From Silvanigrellaceae bacterium (GTDB lineage Bacteria > Bdellovibrionota_B > Oligoflexia > Silvanigrellales > Silvanigrellaceae), in contig JBMSQQ010000064.1 of the NCBI GenBank assembly GCA_049423385.1, positions 1 through 20,322 on the forward strand: a stretch of 20,322 nucleotides of DNA, given 5' to 3'. The translations under genes were made by a program, and so were the position numbers. A model generated the notes under the pieces. It worked only from the letters and a program-made list of their open reading frames with translations. It was not told the origin of the DNA and made no database searches. Below are positions 7,940 through 17,055 of the stretch, one piece after another. Position 1 is the first letter of the stretch; each line of letters starts with the position of its first letter.

Positions 7940-8416
7940 TTATTCGCAGACCAATTCTTGAAAGCCGGAAAGACTTGGAGCAGAGAAGTGCTCCTGCATT
8001 TCGTCAAGAAAAATATCGCTGGCACCCGAGCGTTCACGCAATTTGCGCAAAACTTCGGCCAGACGCTCGATTTGCTCGTCGCTCCATTCTTCACCCGGCT
8101 TGAAATCAATCCTCAGGGCGTTCTCCAAAACTCCCAATCCCAGGTCGGGCAATCCGTAGGATTTCTTCACCAACAAATGTCGCCCAGATTCCACCATCTG
8201 GATAATCTCCTGCAGCGTGTACTTGTCTGAAAGCAATTCACGCTTGCGGGAGCCTTCGCGAGCCATGGAACTCGCAGCCAGATTGGCGTTGGCAATCAGA
8301 ATACCGATGGCTTTTCTGAGTCCTTCCGGCGACGCAAATGACAGCGAAATTTCTGGAAGCGTGCCATCGAATTCTCTCATCTGTTGCTTGAAACATTCCA
8401 CGTTGTCCATATCCAT
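7940..8416 (-). CDS. Hypothetical acidic protein (158 aa)
   Basis: Protein-like composition; fills the gap between selO and the protease; no recognised motif. Confidence 0.6.
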   Translation of the reverse strand: MDMDNVECFKQQMREFDGTLPEISLSFASPEGLRKAIGILIANANLAASSMAREGSRKRELLSDKYTLQEIIQMVESGRHLLVKKSYGLPDLGLGVLENALRIDFKPGEEWSDEQIERLAEVLRKLRERSGASDIFLDEMQEHFSAPSLSGFQELVCE

Positions 8417-8552
8417 GTTTCTTTCCCGCTGGCTGAAAAATTCAAATCAGAATCGAATGAAGGGATTCCCACTCCTCCAGATTAACCCCAGACAATCATG
8501 GAGCCAACAACAACAATCCGCCACGCACTGGAAACAATGCCCGGTTTCATTT

Positions 8553-9341
8553 ATGAATCTCAACATGAGAAAATCATTCGTCTTGAATTCCATGATTGCG
8601 AGTCTTTTGGCGGGCTGTGATGGCGGTTTTGCACCCCATCCGGAAGCCGACCATTTCATGCCGAAGTCATTGAAAAATCAGGATGTGGAAGAAAAAATCA
8701 TCGGCGAAAACAATCTCATTCCGGTGACCGCGAGCGCCGACAACCTCCCGGTCGAAATGCGCCATCTTGTTGACGCTGTAGGCCAACTCAACTTGGGCTG
8801 CACCGCAACCCACATCGGTTCCGGTCTCGTTCTGACCGCAGGTCATTGCATTTCAAAAAGCCCACGCAGCAGCACAAACAGCTGCAGACATCTTGGCGTG
8901 GTTTGGGGAAATCGTGGGGGCAATACACAGCTCTCGGCTTCCAAATGCCTGGAAGTGAAAATACGGGTCTACAATGACACCCTCGATTATGCGCTTTTGA
9001 AAGTTGAGAACCCGCCCGCTGCCTTCATTCCGGTTGAAACTGAGCCGACAACACTCACCACGCCCGCGACGATGTTGAGTCACCCACGCATGCGACCGCT
9101 CGAGTGGTCTGGAATTTGCGGATTGTCCGTTTACGAAGATCCAAAGCGTGCATCGGAAAAATTCTTCCACTCGTGCGATTCCGAAGGCGGAAGCAGTGGT
9201 GCAGCAATATTGTCGCGCGAGTCATTGCGAATCATTGGAATTCACAATGGTGCCAGCGACGAACTCAATTATGGAATTTTCATCACAGCAATAACTGATC
9301 TTGCAAAGTTGATCACCTCGGCAGACATGGTGGCACACTGA
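8553..9341 (+). CDS. Trypsin-like (S1) serine protease lipoprotein
   Basis: Lipobox LLAGC; KIIG pro-peptide junction; catalytic triad motifs LTAGHC, DYALL, CDSEGGSSGA. Start is 8553 or 8565, not 8217. Confidence 0.88.
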   Translation: MNLNMRKSFVLNSMIASLLAGCDGGFAPHPEADHFMPKSLKNQDVEEKIIGENNLIPVTASADNLPVEMRHLVDAVGQLNLGCTATHIGSGLVLTAGHCISKSPRSSTNSCRHLGVVWGNRGGNTQLSASKCLEVKIRVYNDTLDYALLKVENPPAAFIPVETEPTTLTTPATMLSHPRMRPLEWSGICGLSVYEDPKRASEKFFHSCDSEGGSSGAAILSRESLRIIGIHNGASDELNYGIFITAITDLAKLITSADMVAH

Positions 9342-9655
9342 TGGATTGGCTTTATTTGTTGATGGCAGGCTTTTTTGAAGTGGGCTGGCCCGTGGGCATG
9401 AAGTTGGCGCAAAATGGTCAACACAGGATTGCAGCAATTGCTTTTTCGGTTTTCTGCCTTGCCGCGAGCGGCTGGCTTCTTTGGCTCGCACAAAAAACAA
9501 TCCCGATGGGAACAGCCTACGCCGTCTGGACCGGCATTGGCGCAGTGGGGGCATTCCTTGTGGGAATTTTTGTGTTTGGTGATCCGCAGTCTTTTGCCCG
9601 TTGGGCAGGCGCAGCCCTCATTATTGGCGGAGTCGCGTTGCTCAAGGCGAGCTGA
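9341..9655 (+). CDS. sugE: SMR/DMT family efflux transporter, SugE/Gdx-like
   Basis: 104 aa, four TM helices, G10/E13/W16, IPMGTAYAVWTGIG motif. Confidence 0.88.
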   Translation: MDWLYLLMAGFFEVGWPVGMKLAQNGQHRIAAIAFSVFCLAASGWLLWLAQKTIPMGTAYAVWTGIGAVGAFLVGIFVFGDPQSFARWAGAALIIGGVALLKAS

Positions 9656-9711
9656 GCTCGATTGGCGTTGATTCGTGCATCACGAATTTGCGTTGCGCCC
9701 TCGAACCAGCC

Positions 9712-9912
9712 TCAACGCCGAAAAAACCACATCAACAGACTGAGCAAAACACTCAACAGCAGGCTGGTGGCAAGCGGAAAATAAAAAGAAAAATTTCCCC
9801 GCTTGAAGACGATGTCTCCCGGAAGGTTGCCAAGACCAAGGCTTTCCCTGTACTGCCAAAGCAGACCGATGATAAAAACCAGTGCCCCGGCAATCATCAG
9901 AATCTTGCCCAA
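9712..9912 (-). CDS. DUF2905 family small membrane protein
   Basis: TTG start at 9912 preceded by GGAGG; MGKILMIAG...LGNLPGDIVFKRGNFSFYFPLATSLLLSVLLSLLMWFFRR. Confidence 0.85.
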   Translation of the reverse strand: MGKILMIAGALVFIIGLLWQYRESLGLGNLPGDIVFKRGNFSFYFPLATSLLLSVLLSLLMWFFRR

Positions 9913-11117
9913 GTTCCACCTCCAGTCGATGCCAACCCCGCACTCAGCAGAACCACCAACCATGAGGGCCATCGAGCCCATTTCAAAAGCACAAGATTGA
10001 CGGCGACCAAAACCAGGGAAAAATAATGATCTCCAGCGACTGATGCAACCGAATCCATGACGACGGAAGCGAGCAAGCCCACCACAGTCGCATTTATTCC
10101 CGCAAGAGCGCAGTGGACCGCAGCAAATTTCCTGATCGATTTCCAAAGCGGAAAAATACCTGGCAACAGCAAAAACGAAGGTGCAAAAATACCCACGGTG
10201 GCAATGGCAGAAGCAAGACCAGCAGTGCCGATGCCTGCACCGGCAGGAACACTCGCAGCGCCAAGAAAAGTTGCAAATGAAAAGAGTGGTCCTGGAACGG
10301 CCTGAGCTGTTCCATAGCCAGCCAAAAAGGTTTCTCTCTGGACAAGTTGACCAGCAATAAATTCATTCTCAAGCAATGGCAAAACCACATGTCCCCCACC
10401 AAACACCAAAGCACCAGAGCGGAAGCATTTGTCGAACAGGATGAGCAAGGGGTTCTGCACCATGCGTGCTGCAGCCGGAAGGGCAAACAACAGCAAAAAG
10501 AAAACAGAAAGAAACAAGATACCCAGATGAGTTTTGAAGCGAATCAGATTCAATTCCTGAGGCACATTCATCGATTTTCGCAGGAAAAAAATCCCAAAAA
10601 CCGCTCCGGCAAAAATCATTGCGATATTTGCAAATTGAAATTCGACAGCAAAGGCCAAAAGAGCCACTGCGGCTGCAAGAACTTTACGTGGCTGGTCTGG
10701 GCACAACGAAACAGACATCGAATGCAGCGCATCTGCAACAACCGCGATTGCGGCCAACTTGAGACCATGCAACATTCCCGATGGAATTGCCAAAGGATAC
10801 GAGATTGCAGAAAAGCCTGCAAAAAACATGATGACTGCTGAAGGAAGAGTGAAGCCAATCCACGCGGCCGCAGCACCCCAGCCCCCCGCCCGGGTCGAAC
10901 CCAAAACCATTCCAACCTGACTGCTGGTGGGGCCCGGAAGTGCCTGACAAAGCGCAACAGTGCTGGCAAAGTCTGACTCGGAAATCCAACCCTTTTTGCG
11001 CACAAATGTTTCATGGAAATAGCCCAAATGCGCAACCGGACCACCGAAGGAGCGGATGCCGAGCTTCAGAAAAACAAACAGCACTTCGATAAAAACGCCA
11101 AGTCCCTGCATGACCAC
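9897..11117 (-). CDS. chrA: Chromate efflux transporter, long-chain CHR family
   Basis: SFGGPVAHLGYF, CQALPGPTSSQVG, GALVFGGGHVVLPLL, AQAVPGPLFSF; two homologous halves. Confidence 0.95.
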   Translation of the reverse strand: MVMQGLGVFIEVLFVFLKLGIRSFGGPVAHLGYFHETFVRKKGWISESDFASTVALCQALPGPTSSQVGMVLGSTRAGGWGAAAAWIGFTLPSAVIMFFAGFSAISYPLAIPSGMLHGLKLAAIAVVADALHSMSVSLCPDQPRKVLAAAVALLAFAVEFQFANIAMIFAGAVFGIFFLRKSMNVPQELNLIRFKTHLGILFLSVFFLLLFALPAAARMVQNPLLILFDKCFRSGALVFGGGHVVLPLLENEFIAGQLVQRETFLAGYGTAQAVPGPLFSFATFLGAASVPAGAGIGTAGLASAIATVGIFAPSFLLLPGIFPLWKSIRKFAAVHCALAGINATVVGLLASVVMDSVASVAGDHYFSLVLVAVNLVLLKWARWPSWLVVLLSAGLASTGGGTWARF

Positions 11118-11191
11118 ACCTTACTTTAAAAGATCAGATGGGTCATGCACGGCTGTGCGTCTCTTTGAAAAGGCAAATTTTCAGCGGTCAA

Positions 11192-11995
11192 TCACTTGGC
11201 CGCGGGAAGCGCTGAATACATTTTATTGATGCCATCAATGTCGAGCTGGTTTGGCCAAACAATACCTTTTTCATAGTCGAAATTACGGTAAAAACAGCGC
11301 TCCATGAACGATGTTGGATTCCAGGGGCCAATCTGCCTGTCACCAGCTTGCGGATTCTCGTCGAATTCAACGCACTTGTTGTCCGAATGCGCATCTTCAT
11401 GACGCATGCCAATCGCGTGGCCAAACTCGTGAAGACTTGACGAAATCATCAGATTCTTTTTTCCGACCGCGCTCAGCCGATTGCGGATGTCGTTGAAATA
11501 GGGACTCGCATCCCGCCCTGTCATGCTCAAGATGATTCCCGCTCTTCTTCCAAGCAACCAATTCTTCGCGTTGGCCGTGTCGACATTGATACGGGGATGA
11601 CCAGGGTAACCCGCGAGAGCCCTGTTTGTTGAGACCACGAAAGATTTCGTCTCGCGGTATTTGGGATTCGAACCGCTCCCGGGGTCATCATAGATGAATA
11701 TTCTGAAGTCGGCGCCATAGCCGCCGTCTGGACAAGCCCCCCATCCAGTGAACCTCAATTTTGTTTTTGCAAACGCCTTGCTGACAGTCGATTGAAATTC
11801 GCTGCGGAAGTCCTGGGTGTCATCCGAAATCACTTCCCAACACACGGAAACATTTGAGCTCCTCAATTTCGAGGTGGCATAAAAGATCGATTCAACTTGT
11901 GAATCGCCACCTTCTTTCAGTGAGGGACGACAGCCGTTTGCCAGAATCGCAGCCGTCAGCAGAAAGCCAACTGCAGAAAAATACCGAGGATTCAT
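11192..11995 (-). CDS. Secreted zinc metalloprotease lipoprotein (metzincin-like)
   Basis: Lipobox-like LANGC; HEFGHAIGMRHE (HExxHxxGxxH) zinc motif; Met-turn-like SFME; DIDGINKMY C-terminal helix; GGAGG RBS. Confidence 0.85.
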   Translation of the reverse strand: MNPRYFSAVGFLLTAAILANGCRPSLKEGGDSQVESIFYATSKLRSSNVSVCWEVISDDTQDFRSEFQSTVSKAFAKTKLRFTGWGACPDGGYGADFRIFIYDDPGSGSNPKYRETKSFVVSTNRALAGYPGHPRINVDTANAKNWLLGRRAGIILSMTGRDASPYFNDIRNRLSAVGKKNLMISSSLHEFGHAIGMRHEDAHSDNKCVEFDENPQAGDRQIGPWNPTSFMERCFYRNFDYEKGIVWPNQLDIDGINKMYSALPAAK

Positions 11996-12101
11996 TGCAG
12001 AACCTCCAATTGCCCACTTCGCTCAATTCAAAAAGACGAGAAGCGTATCGGAGTTTCACTGATGAAAAATTATTGAAATCAAAAATTACCCAGTAAGTCC
12101 A

Positions 12102-12115
12102 AGCGGATATCCGCT
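12102..12115. promoter_or_regulatory. Perfect 14-bp palindrome AGCGGATATCCGCT (operator or weak hairpin)
   Basis: Self-complementary; lies between the rfbD stop and the metalloprotease start. Confidence 0.3.
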
Positions 12116-12129
12116 ATAAAACTCAAAAA

Positions 12130-13026
12130 TCAAGAGATTTTTTGTACCATTTCGAGCTGGTCTTTCCAGTCCGGAAGACGAACACCAAACGTGGTCGCAC
12201 ACTTGTCATTGGAGAGAATCGAATTGGCAGGACGCTTGGCCGGAGTTGGATATTCAGCCGTTGAAATGGGTATGACTTGTTTGCATTTGATTTCGTCCTG
12301 GCGTGGATCGCTTGCAACAATTTCACGTGCGAAGTCGAACCACGAACACGAACCCGCTGCACTCATGTGATAAACCCCACTGCGGGCACCCACGAATTCC
12401 ATCAGCGCTCCCTCCTTGCCGACAAGCCCCTGAGCAACAATCTGTGATGTTGCCAAAGCAATCATGCGGCTCCAGGTCGGTGAACCCAGCTGGTCTTTCA
12501 CCACTTTGAGTTCCTCTCGCTCACGCGCCAACCTGCGCATGGTCTTGTAGAAGTTGGCGCCAAAATGTCCGTAAACCCAGGCGGTGCGAAAAATAAAATA
12601 GGCACAGCCGCTGTTGCGAATTGCTTCTTCACCCTCAAGCTTTGTGCGGGCATAGACGCCTTGTGGTCCGGTGGGATCGGTCTCTTTCCAGGGAGCACTT
12701 CCACTGCCGTCGAAGACGTAGTCGGTTGAATAATGAACCAATGGGATTGCTGATTTTTTACTCAGTTCTGCAAGCAGTGCAACCGCATCCACGTTCAACA
12801 ACTTTGCCGCATCCGGCTCACTTTCAGCCTTGTCGACAGCCGTGTAGGCCGACGCGTTGATCAGCAAATCCGGGCGAAAATCAGCAACAAGTGCACGAAT
12901 TTTGGCAGGATTGGTGGCATCCGCAAGTTCACGCCCGGCGCACAACACCTGACCCAACGTCGGCAGGGTTTGAGCCAATTCGTTTGCCACTTGTCCGTTG
13001 CGTCCCACGACCAAAATCCGTTTCAT
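12130..13026 (-). CDS. rfbD: dTDP-4-dehydrorhamnose reductase
   Basis: ATG 13026 with [55 protein letters not shown]. Confidence 0.96.
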   Translation of the reverse strand: MKRILVVGRNGQVANELAQTLPTLGQVLCAGRELADATNPAKIRALVADFRPDLLINASAYTAVDKAESEPDAAKLLNVDAVALLAELSKKSAIPLVHYSTDYVFDGSGSAPWKETDPTGPQGVYARTKLEGEEAIRNSGCAYFIFRTAWVYGHFGANFYKTMRRLAREREELKVVKDQLGSPTWSRMIALATSQIVAQGLVGKEGALMEFVGARSGVYHMSAAGSCSWFDFAREIVASDPRQDEIKCKQVIPISTAEYPTPAKRPANSILSNDKCATTFGVRLPDWKDQLEMVQKIS

Positions 13027-13105
13027 GCCTGTCCTCCGCAGGGTCTGCAAAGCCCCAAACTTGGAGCAAACTCTGCCATGTGGTACGCAACAAGTCACGA
13101 TTGTG

Positions 13106-13138
13106 TGTGGAAAACATGTGGAAAACCCGTGGAGAGAC
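13106..13138 (+). repeat. Direct repeats TGTGGAAAAC x2 plus a degenerate third copy, 11-bp period, DnaA-box-like
   Basis: TGTGGAAAA at 13106-13114 and 13117-13125 (reverse complement TTTTCCACA fits TTWTNCACA); CGTGGAGAG at 13128-13136. Confidence 0.5.
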
Positions 13139-13139
13139 T

Positions 13140-14186
13140 ATGAACAAGACCATTCTTGTGACCGGCGGAGCAGGCTTTATTGGCTCAGCCGTTGTGCGCC
13201 ACCTCATGGCCAGCAGCGATTACAACATCGTCAACGTCGACAAGCTCACCTACGCCGCATCTCCCGAATCGGTCGGAAACGCACAAAACAGCTCGCGCTA
13301 CACACTTCTGCAAACAGACATTTGCGACCTCGCTGCACTGCGCAAAGCGTTTTCCACCCATCGCCCGGCAGCGGTGATGCATCTTGCCGCCGAAAGCCAC
13401 GTCGACCGTTCAATTTCGGGTCCTGGCGCCTTTGTGCAAAGCAACATCGTTGGCACCTACAACATGCTCGAAGCCGCCCGCGAATATTGGAACGGCCTTT
13501 CGGAAGGCGACAAGCGCAGCTTCCGCTTTCATCACATTTCAACCGACGAAGTGTTTGGAACGCTGGGCGACTCCGGATACTTCACAGAAACCTCGCCGTA
13601 TCAACCAAACTCGCCTTATTCCGCGAGCAAGGCATCTTCCGATCACCTCGTGCGTGCATGGCATGAAACGTTTGGATTGCCTGTTTTGGTGACCAACTGC
13701 TCCAACAATTACGGCCCATGGCAAGCCCCCGAAAAACTCATTCCGGTGGTGATTCTTTCGTGCCTGAATGGCAAACCGATTCCCGTGTATGGCGAAGGCA
13801 AAAATGTACGCGACTGGTTGTTCGTGGATGATCACGCACGTGCGTTGGTCTCCGTGGTTGAAAAAGCAACGCCTGGGAGCACCTGGAACATCGGCTGCCA
13901 CAACGACGTTCCCAACCTCACCATCATTCGCAAAATCTGCGCGCTGATGGACGAACTCTCACCCAACAAGGCGAAAGTGAAAAAGCACGAAGACCTGATT
14001 TCTTTCGTGAAAGATCGTCCTGGGCATGACTTCCGCTACGCCATCGATCCGAAAAAGATCGAAACCGAACTGGGCTGGAAGCCGCTTGCAGATTTCGACG
14101 CTCACCTGCGCACGACTGTGAAGTGGTACCTCGAGAACCAAGCTTGGTGCGACAAGGCGCTGGCACGAATCAAAAGCGGGATGTGA
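13140..14186 (+). CDS. rfbB: dTDP-glucose 4,6-dehydratase
   Basis: ATG 13140 with [66 protein letters not shown]. Confidence 0.97.
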   Translation: MNKTILVTGGAGFIGSAVVRHLMASSDYNIVNVDKLTYAASPESVGNAQNSSRYTLLQTDICDLAALRKAFSTHRPAAVMHLAAESHVDRSISGPGAFVQSNIVGTYNMLEAAREYWNGLSEGDKRSFRFHHISTDEVFGTLGDSGYFTETSPYQPNSPYSASKASSDHLVRAWHETFGLPVLVTNCSNNYGPWQAPEKLIPVVILSCLNGKPIPVYGEGKNVRDWLFVDDHARALVSVVEKATPGSTWNIGCHNDVPNLTIIRKICALMDELSPNKAKVKKHEDLISFVKDRPGHDFRYAIDPKKIETELGWKPLADFDAHLRTTVKWYLENQAWCDKALARIKSGM

Positions 14187-14231
14187 TTTCGCGGAAAGTA
14201 AGTCTACGGCAGGCGATTCCGCGCATTCCAA

Positions 14232-14840
14232 TCAGAGCTTGAAATATTCCATCACCTTTGTGGCGAACGAAAAAGCCACGCTTGCGACCGAAATGAAATA
14301 ACCCCAACTGGTCAAGTGAAACAGGTGGCCAAGCACGACCATCAAACCGTCGCGCATCAAGAATCCCAATGAAAAAAATGTGATTGCCAACGCGGGAAGA
14401 GTGTTGGTGAATGGAATCACCGGAGGAATGGGCAGCGCAAGTGCAATGGCTGCCAGAATCATGGCCACCGTGGCCAAGACCTTCGAGATTCCCGACACCA
14501 GATATTCGGCCCGAGGCTTGAGGTATTTTTCAATGCGTACAGCGTAGCTGTGACTCTTCTCGGCGAGCATCGAAACGGTCTTGCCGCTCAGCGTGATGCG
14601 ATCGGCGAGCTGCGGCAGTGGCAATGGTCGCGGCCAGCCAATTCGAATCGTCAGCAGGATGATCGCAAAGCCAAATGCCGTCGAAATTCCAGGAATGGGC
14701 ATTGGAAAAAGAAATGGAAGACACAGAAATATAATCGTCAGAGGAGCTCCATCATCGCCAAAGAGCTCGTCTATGCGACGCAAGGTCAGAGTCGATTCCG
14801 GATGCACGCTTCTCATTGTTTCCAAACGCTTCGAAACCAC
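14232..14840 (-). CDS. exoD: Exopolysaccharide synthesis ExoD family membrane protein
   Basis: LPFLFPMPIPGISTAFG, RIEKYLKPR, LPIPPVIPFTNTLPA, LMRDG motifs; probable GTG start at 14840 (start uncertain). Confidence 0.85.
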   Translation of the reverse strand: MVSKRLETMRSVHPESTLTLRRIDELFGDDGAPLTIIFLCLPFLFPMPIPGISTAFGFAIILLTIRIGWPRPLPLPQLADRITLSGKTVSMLAEKSHSYAVRIEKYLKPRAEYLVSGISKVLATVAMILAAIALALPIPPVIPFTNTLPALAITFFSLGFLMRDGLMVVLGHLFHLTSWGYFISVASVAFSFATKVMEYFKL

Positions 14841-14977
14841 GTCGTCCCCCAAAACAATCCTGACGCCAATAGATAATTCAGGAACCAAACAGAACGCAAA
14901 TCAATGTCGCCGATGAGGCACAGTCTTGATTCCTGAAAAGATTGTGAAACCAACACTCCGCCTTGCACCCCGATTGA

Positions 14978-16057
14978 ATGAAGCTGCCTTGGAAGTCCGC
15001 TCAACAGTTTACAGGGAGCCCAACCTTGTCATCGGAAAAGCCGACCAAACAAACCGACATTTGGAAAGGACTGAGCCTGCTGGGCCTCACATTCAATCAT
15101 CTCTTGCTTTGGCCTTGCAGCAACCTCTCGTTCGCCTTGAACTTCACTTATCAAAGTGTTGGATGGGTGTCGTTTGCCTCTGTTTTCTTTGCCATTGCCG
15201 GAATCCAGTGGGGACGCCGGGCGGAAAATCAAACACCCCAACAACTATTACACTGGAATTTCAAAAGAGCGATCAAACTCTTTGCCTGGGTGGGTTGTGC
15301 CACCGCCATTTTCACTCTCGCAAATAGGACGTCTCTTCTTGAACCGGCTCCATGGCAACGACACTTGATCTGGAATGCACCCTCAACAGTTCTGAGGGCG
15401 ATTGCAGGTTTCCAGCTGCCCTGGCTTTTGGACGTCATTTGGCTACACGCCTGGCTGGGTGTGTATGCAACAATTCTTTGGAGCTTGCCCAAAATCCGCA
15501 GCTCCTCTCTTTGCATCGCGCTTGCCAGTGCCAGTGTCTGGCTGCTTTCGCAGGCCGGCTCCTTCGACTTCCAATCTCAACTGTTCAGTGCACCTTCATG
15601 GCATGCATGGACAGGATGGCAGCTCTTGTTTGTGGGCTGCGCACTGAGCCAACGCCCGGATGTTCAGGCTATTGTAAGCCATTTTCAAAAGAACAGTGCG
15701 CGGTTGATTATCATTATCGCCGCCATTGCGCTTTTGATATCGAAGCACACCCTGAGCAAAGCAAACGTCGACCCGTTTCTACAAACTCAAAAATTTGGAC
15801 CTTTATTTGCAACCAACACAGTCTGTTTTTGCCTGCTCTTGGGCGAACAAAAATTTCCGCGCATGCCAAACATCGTTGCAACGTTCGGGAAAAGAAGCCT
15901 GCTTTTCTACTCGATGCAGTGCGTGGTCATTTATACACTTGGAAGCCACACCACCTTTGCTCAAAATCAAAAAATCTTGTCGCTCTGCTTCGTGATTTTT
16001 GTATGTTTGGCATTGCCCGCATTCTGTTGGCTTTTTGTTCGGCGGAGGTCCCGATGA
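14978..16057 (+). CDS. opgC: OpgC-like membrane acyl(succinyl)transferase (AT3-related)
   Basis: DIWKGLSLLGLTFNH (cf. DxxRGLALxxIxxxH), GWVSFASVFFAIAG, WQLLF, GKRSLLFY; about 10 TM segments. Confidence 0.65.
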   Translation: MKLPWKSAQQFTGSPTLSSEKPTKQTDIWKGLSLLGLTFNHLLLWPCSNLSFALNFTYQSVGWVSFASVFFAIAGIQWGRRAENQTPQQLLHWNFKRAIKLFAWVGCATAIFTLANRTSLLEPAPWQRHLIWNAPSTVLRAIAGFQLPWLLDVIWLHAWLGVYATILWSLPKIRSSSLCIALASASVWLLSQAGSFDFQSQLFSAPSWHAWTGWQLLFVGCALSQRPDVQAIVSHFQKNSARLIIIIAAIALLISKHTLSKANVDPFLQTQKFGPLFATNTVCFCLLLGEQKFPRMPNIVATFGKRSLLFYSMQCVVIYTLGSHTTFAQNQKILSLCFVIFVCLALPAFCWLFVRRRSR

Positions 16058-17031
16058 ATCTTCGCTCTCTTCGTCAGAGAAAAAATATCATTGTCGCGGC
16101 CGACACACAGGCCTTTGCGACTGTTGTCAGAAATTCCGACACAGCATGGCGCAACCGCACCCAGGTGATTCCAATTGCATGCACGCAGGAAGTGGTGAAT
16201 GTCCTTCCCAATTCAAGGAATACTCTGATCGTCGTGGATCCCCATTGCAAACTTGATCGCGCGCAGGAAGACCTCATCAATGAAACACTCGCGTGTGGAG
16301 CACAATGGTGCACGCTGAGCATGTATGAAGGCATCCAGAAAGGAATCGCCAATATCCGAGGTTTTTCGGATGTGTTGGAATGGGTTCATTGGCAAGACCA
16401 CTCTTTGGCAGAACACCTGTGGGACAAAACCACATGCCTTGCCCGGAGACTCACAGCTCTCGGGCTTCTCATGACACTCTCGCCGCTGATGGCAGCTCTA
16501 TGGGTCTGCATCCGAATCACCAGCCCCGGACCTGCACTTTTCAGGCAGCGACGCGTGGGTCACCACGGAAAACAATTTGAGCTCGTCAAATTCAGAACAA
16601 TGCACCTCAATGCCGAGGCAAATGGACCGCAATGGAGCAAGGGAGACGAAGACCCAAGGCTCTTCCCTCTTGGAAAGTTTCTGCGAAAAACGCATCTCGA
16701 TGAACTTCCTCAGCTGTGGAACATTCTTTGCGGACATTTGTGCTTTGTGGGTCCGCGACCCGAGCGACCCGAATTCCACGATTGGCTCAAGAATCACATC
16801 CCGCATTTCAATATAAGAACGCGCGTGAGGCCAGGACTGACTGGCTGGGCGCAACTCAAATCGGGTTATGCATCGAGCGTCGAAGAATCCAAGACAAAAG
16901 TGGCGCACGACATCTTTTTCATTCGTTCGAAACAGACTCATCTTGTTGCATTGATTGTCATCCAGACTGCCCGCAAATGCCTGTTTGAAATTCTCTCGTC
17001 TGTTTTCAGTCGAATAAAAAAAGTGCGGTGA
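16054..17031 (+). CDS. Priming sugar transferase (phosphoglycosyltransferase, Bac_transf family)
   Basis: ATG 16054 (ATGA overlap, GGAGG RBS); SPGPALFRQRRVG, KFRTM, DPR, GKFLRKTHLDELPQL, VGPRPERP, RPGLTGWAQ. Confidence 0.92.
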   Translation: MNLRSLRQRKNIIVAADTQAFATVVRNSDTAWRNRTQVIPIACTQEVVNVLPNSRNTLIVVDPHCKLDRAQEDLINETLACGAQWCTLSMYEGIQKGIANIRGFSDVLEWVHWQDHSLAEHLWDKTTCLARRLTALGLLMTLSPLMAALWVCIRITSPGPALFRQRRVGHHGKQFELVKFRTMHLNAEANGPQWSKGDEDPRLFPLGKFLRKTHLDELPQLWNILCGHLCFVGPRPERPEFHDWLKNHIPHFNIRTRVRPGLTGWAQLKSGYASSVEESKTKVAHDIFFIRSKQTHLVALIVIQTARKCLFEILSSVFSRIKKVR

Positions 17032-17055
17032 AAAGTTACCCACACGGAGCTGAAC

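Noticed and set aside
7920..7940. Selenocysteine read-through at the selO TGA
   Set aside because: The protein ends in the common bacterial TFCGT with Cys, and no SECIS-like hairpin is evident.
8217..8552. N-terminal extension of the trypsin ORF
   Set aside because: Overlaps the opposite-strand gene. The lipoprotein signal begins at 8553/8565.
12891..13139. Extended starts of rfbB (12891) and rfbD (13098)
   Set aside because: They would overlap each other. The Rossmann motifs begin right after RBS-preceded ATGs at 13140 and 13026.
13100..13140. Replication origin
   Set aside because: Only two consensus boxes in a 113-nt spacer, no AT-rich unwinding element and no dnaA/gidA-type neighbours.
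15352..16053. 559-aa ORF suggesting a long N-terminal extension on the sugar transferase
   Set aside because: The extension overlaps the OpgC-like CDS out of frame. ATG 16054 has GGAGG and an ATGA overlap.
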